A stretch of DNA of 27,175 nt from positions 1 to 27,175 of the forward strand of contig JAESSL010000331.1 in the NCBI GenBank assembly GCA_016764135.1. The letters are read 5' to 3'. The translations under genes and the position numbers were made by a program. The first letter of the stretch is position 1. Every line of letters begins with the position of its first letter. The notes beneath the pieces are model-generated. The model was not told where the DNA came from. It did not search any database and saw only the letters and a list, made by a program, of their open reading frames with translations. Origin of the DNA: Alphaproteobacteria bacterium. Lineage in GTDB: Bacteria > Pseudomonadota > Alphaproteobacteria > UBA8366 > GCA-2717185. Positions 1 to 8,724 of the stretch are shown piece by piece.

Positions 1-2
1 CG

Positions 3-1949
3 AAAGGCGCAATAGCGCCCTGGACCAGCACGACATCGCCTTACTATCAACAAACGTTGGAAAGTCTCGCCAAACATTTCGACGTGTCGATGAGTACGCC
101 CTTTAAAGATCTGCCTCAGAAGGTGCGAAAGGGAATTTTGTATGGCGCGGGCAAAACCAAGGTCAAGATGACCTATGATGACGGGTTGCGCGTGTATGAA
201 ACAAACAAGGCGTTCGAAGGCGTATTGCCAAACCTTACAAGACGCTGGCGGGAAACGGACAGCAAATGGCTTCGTGACGATCTTGGGAAATTTCAAACGT
301 CGCGCGATTGCGGCACCTGTCATGGCGCGCGTCTGAAACCTGAATCTTTGGCCGTAAAAATTGCGGGCTGTCACATTGCTGAAATCGCCAATATGTCGAT
401 TACAGCGGCCCATGCATGGTTTGAAGCTCTACCCGCAAAGCTGACCGAGCAGCAACTGGAAATCGGGCACCGAATTCTAAAGGAAATCAACGAACGCCTG
501 TCGTTTCTCGTGAATGTTGGACTGGAATATCTAACCTTGAGCAGATCCTCCGCCACGCTTTCTGGCGGCGAGAGCCAACGTATTCGACTGGCCTCGCAAA
601 TTGGATCCGGATTGACCGGCGTGTTGTATGTCCTGGATGAGCCGTCCATCGGGTTACACCAGCGCGACAATGAGCGTTTGCTGAAAACGCTTAAGAGATT
701 ACGGGACCTTGGCAATACGGTTATCGTCGTCGAGCACGACGCAGACGCAATTTTGAGCGCCGACTATTTGATCGATATGGGTCTGGGCGCGGGCACCCTT
801 GGCGGGTCCGTCATTGCATCGGGAACGCCGGATGAGGTTATGAAGTCCACCGAAAGCCTCACTGCGCAATATTTGACGGGACGGCGTAATATCGCTGTGC
901 CGACCCGTCGACGCAAAGCGTCAAAGAAAAACTATATTCGCATAAAAGGGGCGTCGTCGAATAATCTGAAAAATGTAAACGCCGAAATTCCGCTTGGAAC
1001 GTTTACCTGCATTTCAGGCGTTTCAGGAAGCGGTAAATCGACCCTGATTATCGACACCTTGTACAAAGGCCTGGCGCGGTGGCTCAACAACGCCCGCGCC
1101 CATCCCGGACGGCACGATTCGCTGGAAGGCGTGGAACTTCTGGACAAGATCATCGATATTGATCAATCGCCCATCGGTCGTACGCCTCGCTCAAACCCTG
1201 CAACCTATACCGGCGCGTTCACGCCAATTCGAGAATGGTTCGCTGGATTGCCCGAATCGCGTGCGCGTGGCTATGCGCCAGGTCGGTTTTCCTTCAACGT
1301 CAAAGGCGGCCGCTGCGAAGCCTGTCAGGGCGACGGCGTCATAAAGATCGAGATGCATTTTCTGCCTGACATTTATGTTCGATGCGATGTCTGCAAAGGA
1401 AGTCGGTACAATCGGGAAACACTGGAGGTCACCTTCAAGGAAAAATCCATCGCCGACGTTCTGGACATGACGGTCGACGACGCCGCAGGATTTTTTAGTG
1501 CGGTTCCGTCAATCCGGGACAAGTTTGTCACCCTCCAACGCGTGGGGCTTGGTTATATCAAGGTAGGCCAACAGGCGACGACCTTATCCGGTGGAGAGGC
1601 GCAGCGCGTAAAACTGGCGAAAGAATTATCGCGACGCGCAACCGGTCGTACGCTGTATATTCTGGACGAACCCACCACAGGGCTTCATTTCGAGGATGTT
1701 CGAAAGCTCCTTGAAGTCTTGCAAGCGCTTGTCGATGCGGGAAACACCATCGTCGTCATCGAACACAATCTGGAAGTTCTCAAAACGGCGGATTATATAC
1801 TCGACCTTGGCCCGAACGGCGGAGACGGTGGCGGGCGCATCGTCGCAAGCGGAACGCCAGAGGAAATAGTGCAAGTCGCTGAAAGTTATACGGGCCAGTT
1901 TCTCGCCCCCTATTTGTCTGCAACGACGACGCGCCGAAAAGCGTCCTGA
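3..1949 (+). CDS. uvrA: Excinuclease ABC subunit A (UvrA), 5'-truncated by the window edge
   Basis: The frame is open from position 3 (KGAIAPW...), upstream of the listed TTG at 57. It has two ABC signatures ([24 protein letters not shown]), Walker A GVSGSGKS, two Walker B LDEP motifs, and Zn-finger CxxC pairs (CGTC, CEAC, CDVC). Confidence 0.98.
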   Translation, partial: KGAIAPWTSTTSPYYQQTLESLAKHFDVSMSTPFKDLPQKVRKGILYGAGKTKVKMTYDDGLRVYETNKAFEGVLPNLTRRWRETDSKWLRDDLGKFQTSRDCGTCHGARLKPESLAVKIAGCHIAEIANMSITAAHAWFEALPAKLTEQQLEIGHRILKEINERLSFLVNVGLEYLTLSRSSATLSGGESQRIRLASQIGSGLTGVLYVLDEPSIGLHQRDNERLLKTLKRLRDLGNTVIVVEHDADAILSADYLIDMGLGAGTLGGSVIASGTPDEVMKSTESLTAQYLTGRRNIAVPTRRRKASKKNYIRIKGASSNNLKNVNAEIPLGTFTCISGVSGSGKSTLIIDTLYKGLARWLNNARAHPGRHDSLEGVELLDKIIDIDQSPIGRTPRSNPATYTGAFTPIREWFAGLPESRARGYAPGRFSFNVKGGRCEACQGDGVIKIEMHFLPDIYVRCDVCKGSRYNRETLEVTFKEKSIADVLDMTVDDAAGFFSAVPSIRDKFVTLQRVGLGYIKVGQQATTLSGGEAQRVKLAKELSRRATGRTLYILDEPTTGLHFEDVRKLLEVLQALVDAGNTIVVIEHNLEVLKTADYILDLGPNGGDGGGRIVASGTPEEIVQVAESYTGQFLAPYLSATTTRRKAS

Positions 1950-1983
1950 TTTAAACATCTCTACAGTTTGGTTTAAAAATCAC

Positions 1984-3363
1984 ATGCAAAAAATTCACGT
2001 TATTGGTGGCGGTCTCGCTGGTTCTGAAGCAACTTGGCAAATTACGCGGCGCGGTCTCCCTGTCGTTTTACATGAAATGCGCCCAACGCGCAGAACAGAC
2101 GCACATGTCAGCGATCAGCTGGCGGAACTGGTCTGTTCCAATTCGTTTCGATCCGACGACGCCGATCAAAATGCCGTCGGTCTGTTACATGACGAACTCA
2201 GACGCGCGGGTTCCCTGATTTTGTCCATAGCCGATGAATGCAAAGTGCCCGCGGGCGGCGCTTTGGCGGTTGACCGGGAACAGTTTTCCCAACGCGTTAC
2301 GGAGACATTGGAAAATGAACCTTTGGTCACCATCGATCGCAGCGAAGTAACGGGTCTGCCGCCGGAAGACTGGGGTTCGGTCATTGTCGCCACGGGCCCC
2401 TTGACCTCGCCGGGGCTCGCCAGCGCTATTTCAGAGATCGCTGGCGAAGAATCGCTCGCTTTTTTCGACGCCATCGCACCTATCGTCTACAAAGAGTCCA
2501 TTGATTTCAGCGAGGCGTGGTTTCAGTCGCGATACGATAAAGGCGACGGATCAGACTACATCAACTGCGCCTTGAACGAGGCTGAATATATCGCCTTTAT
2601 TGATGCCCTCCTGGCCGCCGCAAAGGTCGATTTCCATGAATGGGAAGGAAAAACGCCTTATTTTGAAGGATGTCTGCCCATTGAAGTTATGGCGGCCCGC
2701 GGCCTGGATACGCCGCGCTACGGCCCAATGAAGCCCGTGGGTCTCACAAATCCACACGCGGAGGCTAAACCCCACGCCGTTATTCAGCTTCGTCAGGATA
2801 ACGCTCTCGGCACGCTCTACAATATCGTCGGCTTCCAGACCAAACTTCGTCATGGGGAGCAAACCAAAGTCTTCAAGATGATCCCCGCCCTTAAAAATGC
2901 CGAGTTCGCCCGGCTGGGCGGGCTGCATCGAAACACTTTTCTGAATAGTCCAAAGGTGCTGGACGATCGATTATGTTTGCGTGCGGCGCCACGCCTCCGG
3001 TTCGCCGGCCAAATTACCGGCGTTGAAGGTTATGTGGAATCTGCGGCGATGGGATTACTCGCCGGCCGGTTTGCAGCGGCGGAACAATTGGGCGAGACGA
3101 TGACCTCACCGCCCGGCACGACGGCGATGGGCGCTCTTCTGACCCATATCACCGGCGGCGCTGACGCAAAGACGTTTCAGCCCATGAATATTAATTTCGG
3201 TTTATTTCCCCTCCTACCCTCGCCTCCCCAGACGGACGGCAAACGTAAAAAGCTGAAGGGTAAAGACAGAAAGCTAGCCCATACAACACGTGCTCGAGAA
3301 GCGTTTGGAACATGGCTTGCCGCAAATGAAGTTGTTTCAGCGCAACAGGATACGCCAATCTAG
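1984..3363 (+). CDS. trmFO: FAD/folate-dependent tRNA (uracil-54-C5)-methyltransferase TrmFO
   Basis: N-terminal GGGLAGSEA dinucleotide-binding motif, [46 protein letters not shown] and [10 protein letters not shown]. Confidence 0.96.
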   Translation: MQKIHVIGGGLAGSEATWQITRRGLPVVLHEMRPTRRTDAHVSDQLAELVCSNSFRSDDADQNAVGLLHDELRRAGSLILSIADECKVPAGGALAVDREQFSQRVTETLENEPLVTIDRSEVTGLPPEDWGSVIVATGPLTSPGLASAISEIAGEESLAFFDAIAPIVYKESIDFSEAWFQSRYDKGDGSDYINCALNEAEYIAFIDALLAAAKVDFHEWEGKTPYFEGCLPIEVMAARGLDTPRYGPMKPVGLTNPHAEAKPHAVIQLRQDNALGTLYNIVGFQTKLRHGEQTKVFKMIPALKNAEFARLGGLHRNTFLNSPKVLDDRLCLRAAPRLRFAGQITGVEGYVESAAMGLLAGRFAAAEQLGETMTSPPGTTAMGALLTHITGGADAKTFQPMNINFGLFPLLPSPPQTDGKRKKLKGKDRKLAHTTRAREAFGTWLAANEVVSAQQDTPI

Positions 3364-4205
3364 AGTCGACCGATCATTGAGCGATAGGCGAGATTCCATC
3401 CCCGCAGTGCGGGTTTCTCTGTAAACCCTGAATGAAACGGATCGAAGCCCGCCCGCCCGAACACCCTTTTGTATTGTTGCGACAAGGGCGCGAGGAGCAT
3501 TGGCGACAGAAATTGGCGACCTGCCGACGCGAAATCTCGCCTCGCTTCAATCGCCCTATTTTCCACATCCTCGCAAATGCGCCGAATCAGGTTCGATACC
3601 TCGGGAGACGGTCGAAGCTCGCCGATATCTTGAGCAACGACGTCAAACATCGCCATCATTTCGACGGGAAGGAAGTTTCGGCGAGCCCTTAAATGCCTTG
3701 GCAAGGCGCGCAATAATTCTGTCAGCCCCCAAGCGGTTGCCGCATTAGAGACAGCCCCGTGAAAGGCGCCCTCTTCCGCCCCCAATAGCGCCAGCGCCAT
3801 CGATATGAGCGGGGCGTTTATGGATTGGGAATACTGTACAAGGTCTTCATAGGTTTGCGGTCGGTCGACCGCAATATTTCGCGTGCGCGCATCCAGAAGA
3901 TCTTCGAGAAACGCCCGAGGCAGGGCATGGTCCTGAACAGATTCCTGCAGCGCCTGAACCACCGGATGGCGTGTCGGCTGACCTGCATATATCTGCGTTA
4001 TAGCGTCCCGCCACCATTGAAACCGAATATCCGCCAACATGGGTTCGCGAGCTGATTCGTGGATTTTTGCGATTTCCAGATTAAAGGCGTACAGCGCAAA
4101 CAGAGCGTTTCGCACACCGCTGGGTGCGAAAAGGACGGTTAGAAAACGGTCAGAATCATTCTCCCGAACCTGCTCCGCACAATAGCTAAGTTTACGATTC
4201 GTCAT
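3360..4205 (-). CDS. Squalene/phytoene synthase-fold protein, NDUFAF6-like (probably non-catalytic). Start is ATG 4205 or GTG 4211.
   Basis: Motifs [12 protein letters not shown], [22 protein letters not shown] and HPVVQAL are typical of the alphaproteobacterial NDUFAF6-like subfamily. There are no DDxxD motifs. It lies in the usual position downstream of secDF-Mth938. Confidence 0.85.
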   Translation of the reverse strand: MTNRKLSYCAEQVRENDSDRFLTVLFAPSGVRNALFALYAFNLEIAKIHESAREPMLADIRFQWWRDAITQIYAGQPTRHPVVQALQESVQDHALPRAFLEDLLDARTRNIAVDRPQTYEDLVQYSQSINAPLISMALALLGAEEGAFHGAVSNAATAWGLTELLRALPRHLRARRNFLPVEMMAMFDVVAQDIGELRPSPEVSNLIRRICEDVENRAIEARRDFASAGRQFLSPMLLAPLSQQYKRVFGRAGFDPFHSGFTEKPALRGWNLAYRSMIGRL

Positions 4206-4227
4206 ATTCACTCAAACGGGACAAAAC

Positions 4228-4241
4228 CGGATAATTATCCG
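4228..4241. promoter_or_regulatory. Perfect 14-bp palindrome CGGATAATTATCCG, candidate operator
   Basis: Exact palindrome in a divergent intergenic region, overlapping the candidate -10 element above. The half-site GGATAAT/ATTATCC recurs at 4295-4301 and 4386-4392. Confidence 0.4.
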
Positions 4242-4260
4242 AAACTACGATACTTTTCAA
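4232..4260 (-). promoter_or_regulatory. Candidate sigma70-type promoter for the phytoene-synthase-like gene
   Basis: The minus strand reads TTGAAA (4260-4255), a 17-nt spacer, then TAATTA (4237-4232), about 25 nt upstream of the start. An A-tract lies further upstream (4334-4319). Confidence 0.35.
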
Positions 4261-4494
4261 AATACCCGATCTACGCAAATGGTTAATAATGAGGATTATC
4301 CCGTAACAGCGAGCGTACTTTTTTTATTTTTTTTCGGAACCCTGACAGGGCCTCTACAAGACAAGTAAACGCCAAGTAAAATAACGGATAATATTTAAAC
4401 TATACAAAATTCAAGTAGGCGATCATAGTTCTTGCAGTATCGTCTGCATTTTTCGGCGATACCTTTGTGCGGACAGTATAGAAGGAGGGGAAAC

Positions 4495-5103
4495 ATGTCG
4501 TCTATTTTATCTGACCTGAAAAAAACAGTTATCGCCGGATTTATCGTCACGTTGCTACTTTTTGCAATGTATTACCTGTACGGCGATTATGATGGAATGG
4601 CCTTTGGTAAATTTTTGTTCCGATGGCTGCATGTAATTTGCGGCGTAATGTGGATCGGAATACTTTGGTATTTCAACTTTGTTCAGATACCGAATATGCC
4701 GAAGATTCCGGATGAACAAAAACCAGCCATTAGCAAAGTAATCGCGCCAGCCGCTTTATGGTGGTTTCGCTGGGCGGCGATGGGCACTATCGCGACAGGC
4801 CTGATGCTGGCGACGATGAATGGTTACATCGTTGAAGTCTTATCGCTTGGACTTATGGAAGATGGAACTGCAGGCCATCGCATGCTCGGAATTGGCATGT
4901 GGTTTGGTATAGTTATGTGGTTCAACGTCTGGTTCATTATTTGGCCAAACCAAAAAATTGCACTGGGGATCGTGGATGCAGAGGCCGAGGAAAAAGCGGC
5001 CGCCGCACGTACCGCAATGCTCTTTTCACGCACCAACACCTTACTTTCGTTCCCGATGCTTTTCGCCATGATTGCGGCGCAGGGCTTGTACAACGTTTCT
5101 TAA
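4495..5103 (+). CDS. puuD: Urate hydroxylase PuuD-family integral membrane protein (COG3748/Urate_ox_N), short form without a cytochrome c domain
   Basis: A strong SD (AGAAGGAGGGG) precedes ATG 4495, so the listed start at 4432 is too far upstream. Family motifs are FRWLHVICGVMWIGILWYFNFVQ, ALWWFRWAA, FNVWFIIWPNQK and SRTNTLLSFPML. No CxxCH is present. Confidence 0.8.
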   Translation: MSSILSDLKKTVIAGFIVTLLLFAMYYLYGDYDGMAFGKFLFRWLHVICGVMWIGILWYFNFVQIPNMPKIPDEQKPAISKVIAPAALWWFRWAAMGTIATGLMLATMNGYIVEVLSLGLMEDGTAGHRMLGIGMWFGIVMWFNVWFIIWPNQKIALGIVDAEAEEKAAAARTAMLFSRTNTLLSFPMLFAMIAAQGLYNVS

Positions 5104-5125
5104 CAATACGAAGACGACCGACGAT

Positions 5126-5161
5126 AAAAACGGGGCTATTTTCATAGCTCCGTTTTTTTTT
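5126..5161. terminator. Intrinsic terminator, probably bidirectional, between convergent puuD and the Mth938-like gene
   Basis: AAAAA-CGGGGCTAT-tttc-ATAGCTCCG-TTTTTTTTT: a 9-bp stem with one G.U pair, a T9 tail on + and an A5 run giving a U tail on -. Confidence 0.88.
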
Positions 5162-5169
5162 GCGTGGCG

Positions 5170-5547
5170 TTAAGGCAACGCAACCAAGGCCGCCGCCACA
5201 CGGCGGCCATCCCCCATCAAGAGGTTATAGGTGCGGCACGCCGCTCCGGTATCCATCACATCAACGGAAATTCCAGCCTCCCGTAATGCGATATGAAGTT
5301 TTGACGAAGGTGGCTGCATTCGTTCGCCGGCGCCAATCAGAAGCACCTCAATTTCACCTTTCGTTTCGGTCACCCGAAAGAGCGATTCCAGCGTTATGTC
5401 TGCATAAGACTGGACATTCCAGAGGCTGATCCACGAGGGCGTCACCAGGAGCGAGGATGTATATTGTTGCTGAGAAACCAGAAAACGCCCAGGCCCATAG
5501 CTTTCTATAACATTCCTGTCGCCAGGTATGATTGGCGAAATATCCAC
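5170..5547 (-). CDS. Mth938-like / DUF498 protein (NDUFAF3 homologue)
   Basis: IESYGPGRF, EVLLIGAG, and the diagnostic VDVMDTGAACRTYNLLMGDGRRVAAAL. It starts 6 nt after the secF stop. Confidence 0.9.
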   Translation of the reverse strand: MDISPIIPGDRNVIESYGPGRFLVSQQQYTSSLLVTPSWISLWNVQSYADITLESLFRVTETKGEIEVLLIGAGERMQPPSSKLHIALREAGISVDVMDTGAACRTYNLLMGDGRRVAAALVALP

Positions 5548-5553
5548 GCCCGT

Positions 5554-6498
5554 CTAGGAAGCCTCAATCTTGTCCAGGTCTTCATTGGCGCTGGAACTGC
5601 CGCGTTCCAGACGGACATACAGCAAAAAGGGAACCGCCAGCGATATTGACGAATAGGTCCCGATAATGACACCCCAGATCAACGCGATACTGAAACCTCG
5701 GATCACCTCTCCGCCAAACGCGTACAAGGCGAACAACGCCAGTAATGTCGTCACACTGGTCATGACCGTACGGGACAACGTCTGGTTCAAGGAGTTGTTG
5801 AATAGTTCCGGCAGCGGCATTTTTTTGTATCGCCGCATATTCTCCCGGACTCGATCATATACAACCACCGTGTCGTTGATGGAATATCCGGCGATCGTTA
5901 ACACTGCCGCAACTGTCGCCAGATTGAATTCCAGTTGTATCAACGAAAACAGGCCAATCGTCGTAATCACATCGTGCAGCAGGGCCAAAACGGCGCCGAT
6001 GCCAAATTGCCATTCAAATCGAAACCAAACATAGACCAGAATCGCCAACATGGCGGCCAGCAGCGCATAGGTCGCTGATTCCCGGAGCTCCGCGCCAACA
6101 GTTGGTCCGACAAATTCCGTGCGCCGATACTCAAGCACGCCATCGCCAAGCGCGGACTTCACGGCGTCAATCGCCGCCTGTTGCCCACTATCGCCGCCAT
6201 CCTGCTTTTGTATCCGGATCAATACGTCATCCGAAGTACCGAATTCCTGCAGCGTAACGTCGCCCAGCCCCAGATTGTTCAGTTGAGATCGCAACTTTGA
6301 TAAGTCGGCGGGACCATCAGTCTTGATCTCAATGAGAATACCACCCAGAAAATCGATGCCCAGATTAAGTCCCTGAGTGAAGAACAAACCAAACGACGCC
6401 AGGACGAGAAACCCTGACAACGCAAACGCCAAAACACGCCTGCCGATAAAATTAACGACAGTGTTGTCTGGGACGAGTTTTAAAAGCTTCATAGTCAT
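5554..6498 (-). CDS. secF: Protein translocase subunit SecF
   Basis: GLNLGIDFLGG, FVGPTVGAEL, GYSINDTVVVYDRVREN, QTLSRTVMTS and GTYSSI. Confidence 0.97.
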   Translation of the reverse strand: MTMKLLKLVPDNTVVNFIGRRVLAFALSGFLVLASFGLFFTQGLNLGIDFLGGILIEIKTDGPADLSKLRSQLNNLGLGDVTLQEFGTSDDVLIRIQKQDGGDSGQQAAIDAVKSALGDGVLEYRRTEFVGPTVGAELRESATYALLAAMLAILVYVWFRFEWQFGIGAVLALLHDVITTIGLFSLIQLEFNLATVAAVLTIAGYSINDTVVVYDRVRENMRRYKKMPLPELFNNSLNQTLSRTVMTSVTTLLALFALYAFGGEVIRGFSIALIWGVIIGTYSSISLAVPFLLYVRLERGSSSANEDLDKIEAS

Positions 6499-6501
6499 CC
6501 C

Positions 6502-8112
6502 CTATATTGGCAGCTTGCTGGGTTTGGTGCGTCGTAACCACAACACAATCAACAGCCTGGTCACCATTATTGCCGTAAACATCGACGTCAAAATACCGAT
6601 GGATAATGTAATCGCGAACCCTTTGATGGGACCGGACCCGAAGGCGAAGAGCAGGACTGTTGCGATCAGAGTGGTCAAATTTGCATCAATAATTGTTGTA
6701 ATGGCCCGTCGGTATCCCGCGTCGATCGCTGATATTGGCGTCCGACCATTGGCCGTTTCTTCCCGTATTCGCTCAAAGATGAGCACATTGGCGTCGACCG
6801 CCATCCCGATAGTCAGCACGATCCCCGCAATACCCGGCAATGTCAGGGTCGCCTGAAGACCTGATAGTAACGCGATAATCAGGGAAATATTGAAGAACAA
6901 GGCGATGTTCGCCATGACGCCAAACAAACCGTAGGACAGCACCATATAGATTACGACGAAAACCATACCGATGATGCTGGCGATCCGACCTGCGTTGATT
7001 GAATCCTGTCCAAGCCCGGGGCCTACCGTGCGTTCTTCCAGTATCGTGATCGGCGCGGGTAATGCGCCCGCGCGAAGCAAAAGCGCTAGATCCTGAGCTT
7101 CCTGCACCCCGAACCGCCCGGAGATAATTCCGCTACCGCCCAGAATGGGTTCATTGACCCGCGGCGCGCTAATGACTTTGTTGTCGAGTACGATCGCCAA
7201 AAGCTGACCAACATTTTCCTGCGTGGTTTTTCCGAACTTTCGGCCGCCAACAGTGTCAAACCGAAAGCTGACGACAGGCTGATTGTCCTGAAAGGTCGCC
7301 TGGGCGTCGACCAGATGGTCGCCACCGACGCGAACTCGCTTGCGCACCAGAATTTGCTGTGGCTGACCGGCTGCGTCCAAATCGTTGGACGGCACGAGCA
7401 TTGACCCTGGCGGCACCGACCCTCGCAAGGCGCGCTCCAAGGAATTAGACTGATCCACCAGATGGAAATTCAATTTGGCGGTTTTTCCCAACAGCTTCTT
7501 GATACGTTCTGGGTCATCCACGCCGGGAAGCTGGACCAGAATTCGTTCTTTTCCCTGGCGTTGAATTGTTGGTTCCCGCGTACCGGTTTCATCAATCCGG
7601 CGTCGGATAATCTCGATGGATTGTTCCACGGCGCTGGCGATACGCGCGTTTACCGCATCTTCGGTGAGGGCGATGGAAAACTGTCCGCTCTCATTCGACT
7701 CGATAACAATTTCCTTTAAGGGCGCGCCGTACTGATTGAGCCCCGTGGCCGGAAATTCATCATTCAGCCTGGAGCGGACATCCGAAGTCCCGGCAGGGTC
7801 CCGGAGTGTAAAGCGCACCGCCTGATTGGAGACCCCCAAGCCTTTGTACAAAATTTTATTTGAGCGGAGCATGCGGCGAACCGAATCTTCGAGGCTCGAC
7901 AGTCGCTCCTGAATTACGGTCTTCGACCCGATTTCCAAGAGAAGATGCGACCCGCCCTGTAAATCCAGACCAAGATTGATCTGTTGCCCCGGCAGCCATG
8001 ACGGCCATCCTTCAAAGGTGCTTTCCTTGAAGAAGTTTGGAATGGCGTACAGCACCCCAAGGACGCAAACGAGTGCAATCATAACCCGGCTTCGGGTTGA
8101 GATATTGATCAT
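6502..8112 (-). CDS. secD: Protein translocase subunit SecD
   Basis: INLGLDLQGGSHLL, IIRRRIDETG, RILVQLPG, LAIVLDNKVISAP, LRAGALPAP, VGPGLG and GMAVDANVLIFERIREE. Confidence 0.97.
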   Translation of the reverse strand: MINISTRSRVMIALVCVLGVLYAIPNFFKESTFEGWPSWLPGQQINLGLDLQGGSHLLLEIGSKTVIQERLSSLEDSVRRMLRSNKILYKGLGVSNQAVRFTLRDPAGTSDVRSRLNDEFPATGLNQYGAPLKEIVIESNESGQFSIALTEDAVNARIASAVEQSIEIIRRRIDETGTREPTIQRQGKERILVQLPGVDDPERIKKLLGKTAKLNFHLVDQSNSLERALRGSVPPGSMLVPSNDLDAAGQPQQILVRKRVRVGGDHLVDAQATFQDNQPVVSFRFDTVGGRKFGKTTQENVGQLLAIVLDNKVISAPRVNEPILGGSGIISGRFGVQEAQDLALLLRAGALPAPITILEERTVGPGLGQDSINAGRIASIIGMVFVVIYMVLSYGLFGVMANIALFFNISLIIALLSGLQATLTLPGIAGIVLTIGMAVDANVLIFERIREETANGRTPISAIDAGYRRAITTIIDANLTTLIATVLLFAFGSGPIKGFAITLSIGILTSMFTAIMVTRLLIVLWLRRTKPSKLPI

Positions 8113-8150
8113 GGCCAGCGCCCTTTTAAGCGGAGATTTAGGCTTACGCC

Positions 8151-8561
8151 CTATTTTTTACCAAGGAGCTTGCCGATAAACCCACCGGCGGATGAACTTC
8201 CCGTATCATTCGCTGGCGTTCCCGCGCCATCCGAAGACTTGGCGCGCTTGGCGTTTGGAGAATCGATCAACGCTGAAACCGTTCCTTTGGCAACCCGAAC
8301 GCGGACGCCTTCGGCGATCTCAACCATAAGGTCAGCGTCATTCAGAACCTTGGTGACCGTACCATGCACCCCGCCGCCCGTGATGACCTTGTCACCGCGA
8401 TGCAGGTTGCTGATCATTTCCTGATGCGCTTTCGCCTTTTTTTGTTGGGGCCGAATTAACAAAAAATAGAAAACGGCGAAAATTAATATTAGCGGCAAGA
8501 ACGACGTAATCATATCGCCGCCACCACCCGCACCCTGCGCCCAAGCCTCAGAAATAAACAT
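8151..8561 (-). CDS. yajC: Preprotein translocase subunit YajC with an extended C-terminal tail
   Basis: SD AAGGAG precedes ATG 8561 (MFISEAWAQ). Motifs FYFLLIRPQQKK and GDKVITGGG. It lies directly upstream of secD. Confidence 0.95.
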   Translation of the reverse strand: MFISEAWAQGAGGGGDMITSFLPLILIFAVFYFLLIRPQQKKAKAHQEMISNLHRGDKVITGGGVHGTVTKVLNDADLMVEIAEGVRVRVAKGTVSALIDSPNAKRAKSSDGAGTPANDTGSSSAGGFIGKLLGKK

Positions 8562-8724
8562 TACCCACTCCTTTGTTACTACGCGACCGTACGCAGCTGG
8601 CGGAATATAGCTCCCCAAGCCGCAATTGCAATCAAACCGGTCGGATTATTGCGACAATGCCGCGTTGACCTGACTAGGACTTATGATACGGTCCGCCGCC
8701 TTTCAATCACCAATTAGACGATTC

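Noticed and set aside
3360-4211. Carotenoid or hopanoid biosynthesis gene (crtB/hpnCD)
   Set aside because: It lacks the DDxxD Mg-binding motifs and has no terpenoid-pathway neighbours. Sequence and context fit the NDUFAF6-like subfamily.
4400-4494. Known xanthine (NMT1) or purine riboswitch upstream of puuD
   Set aside because: I could not match the conserved aptamer sequences by eye. Only short generic helices are present, kept as a low-score finding.
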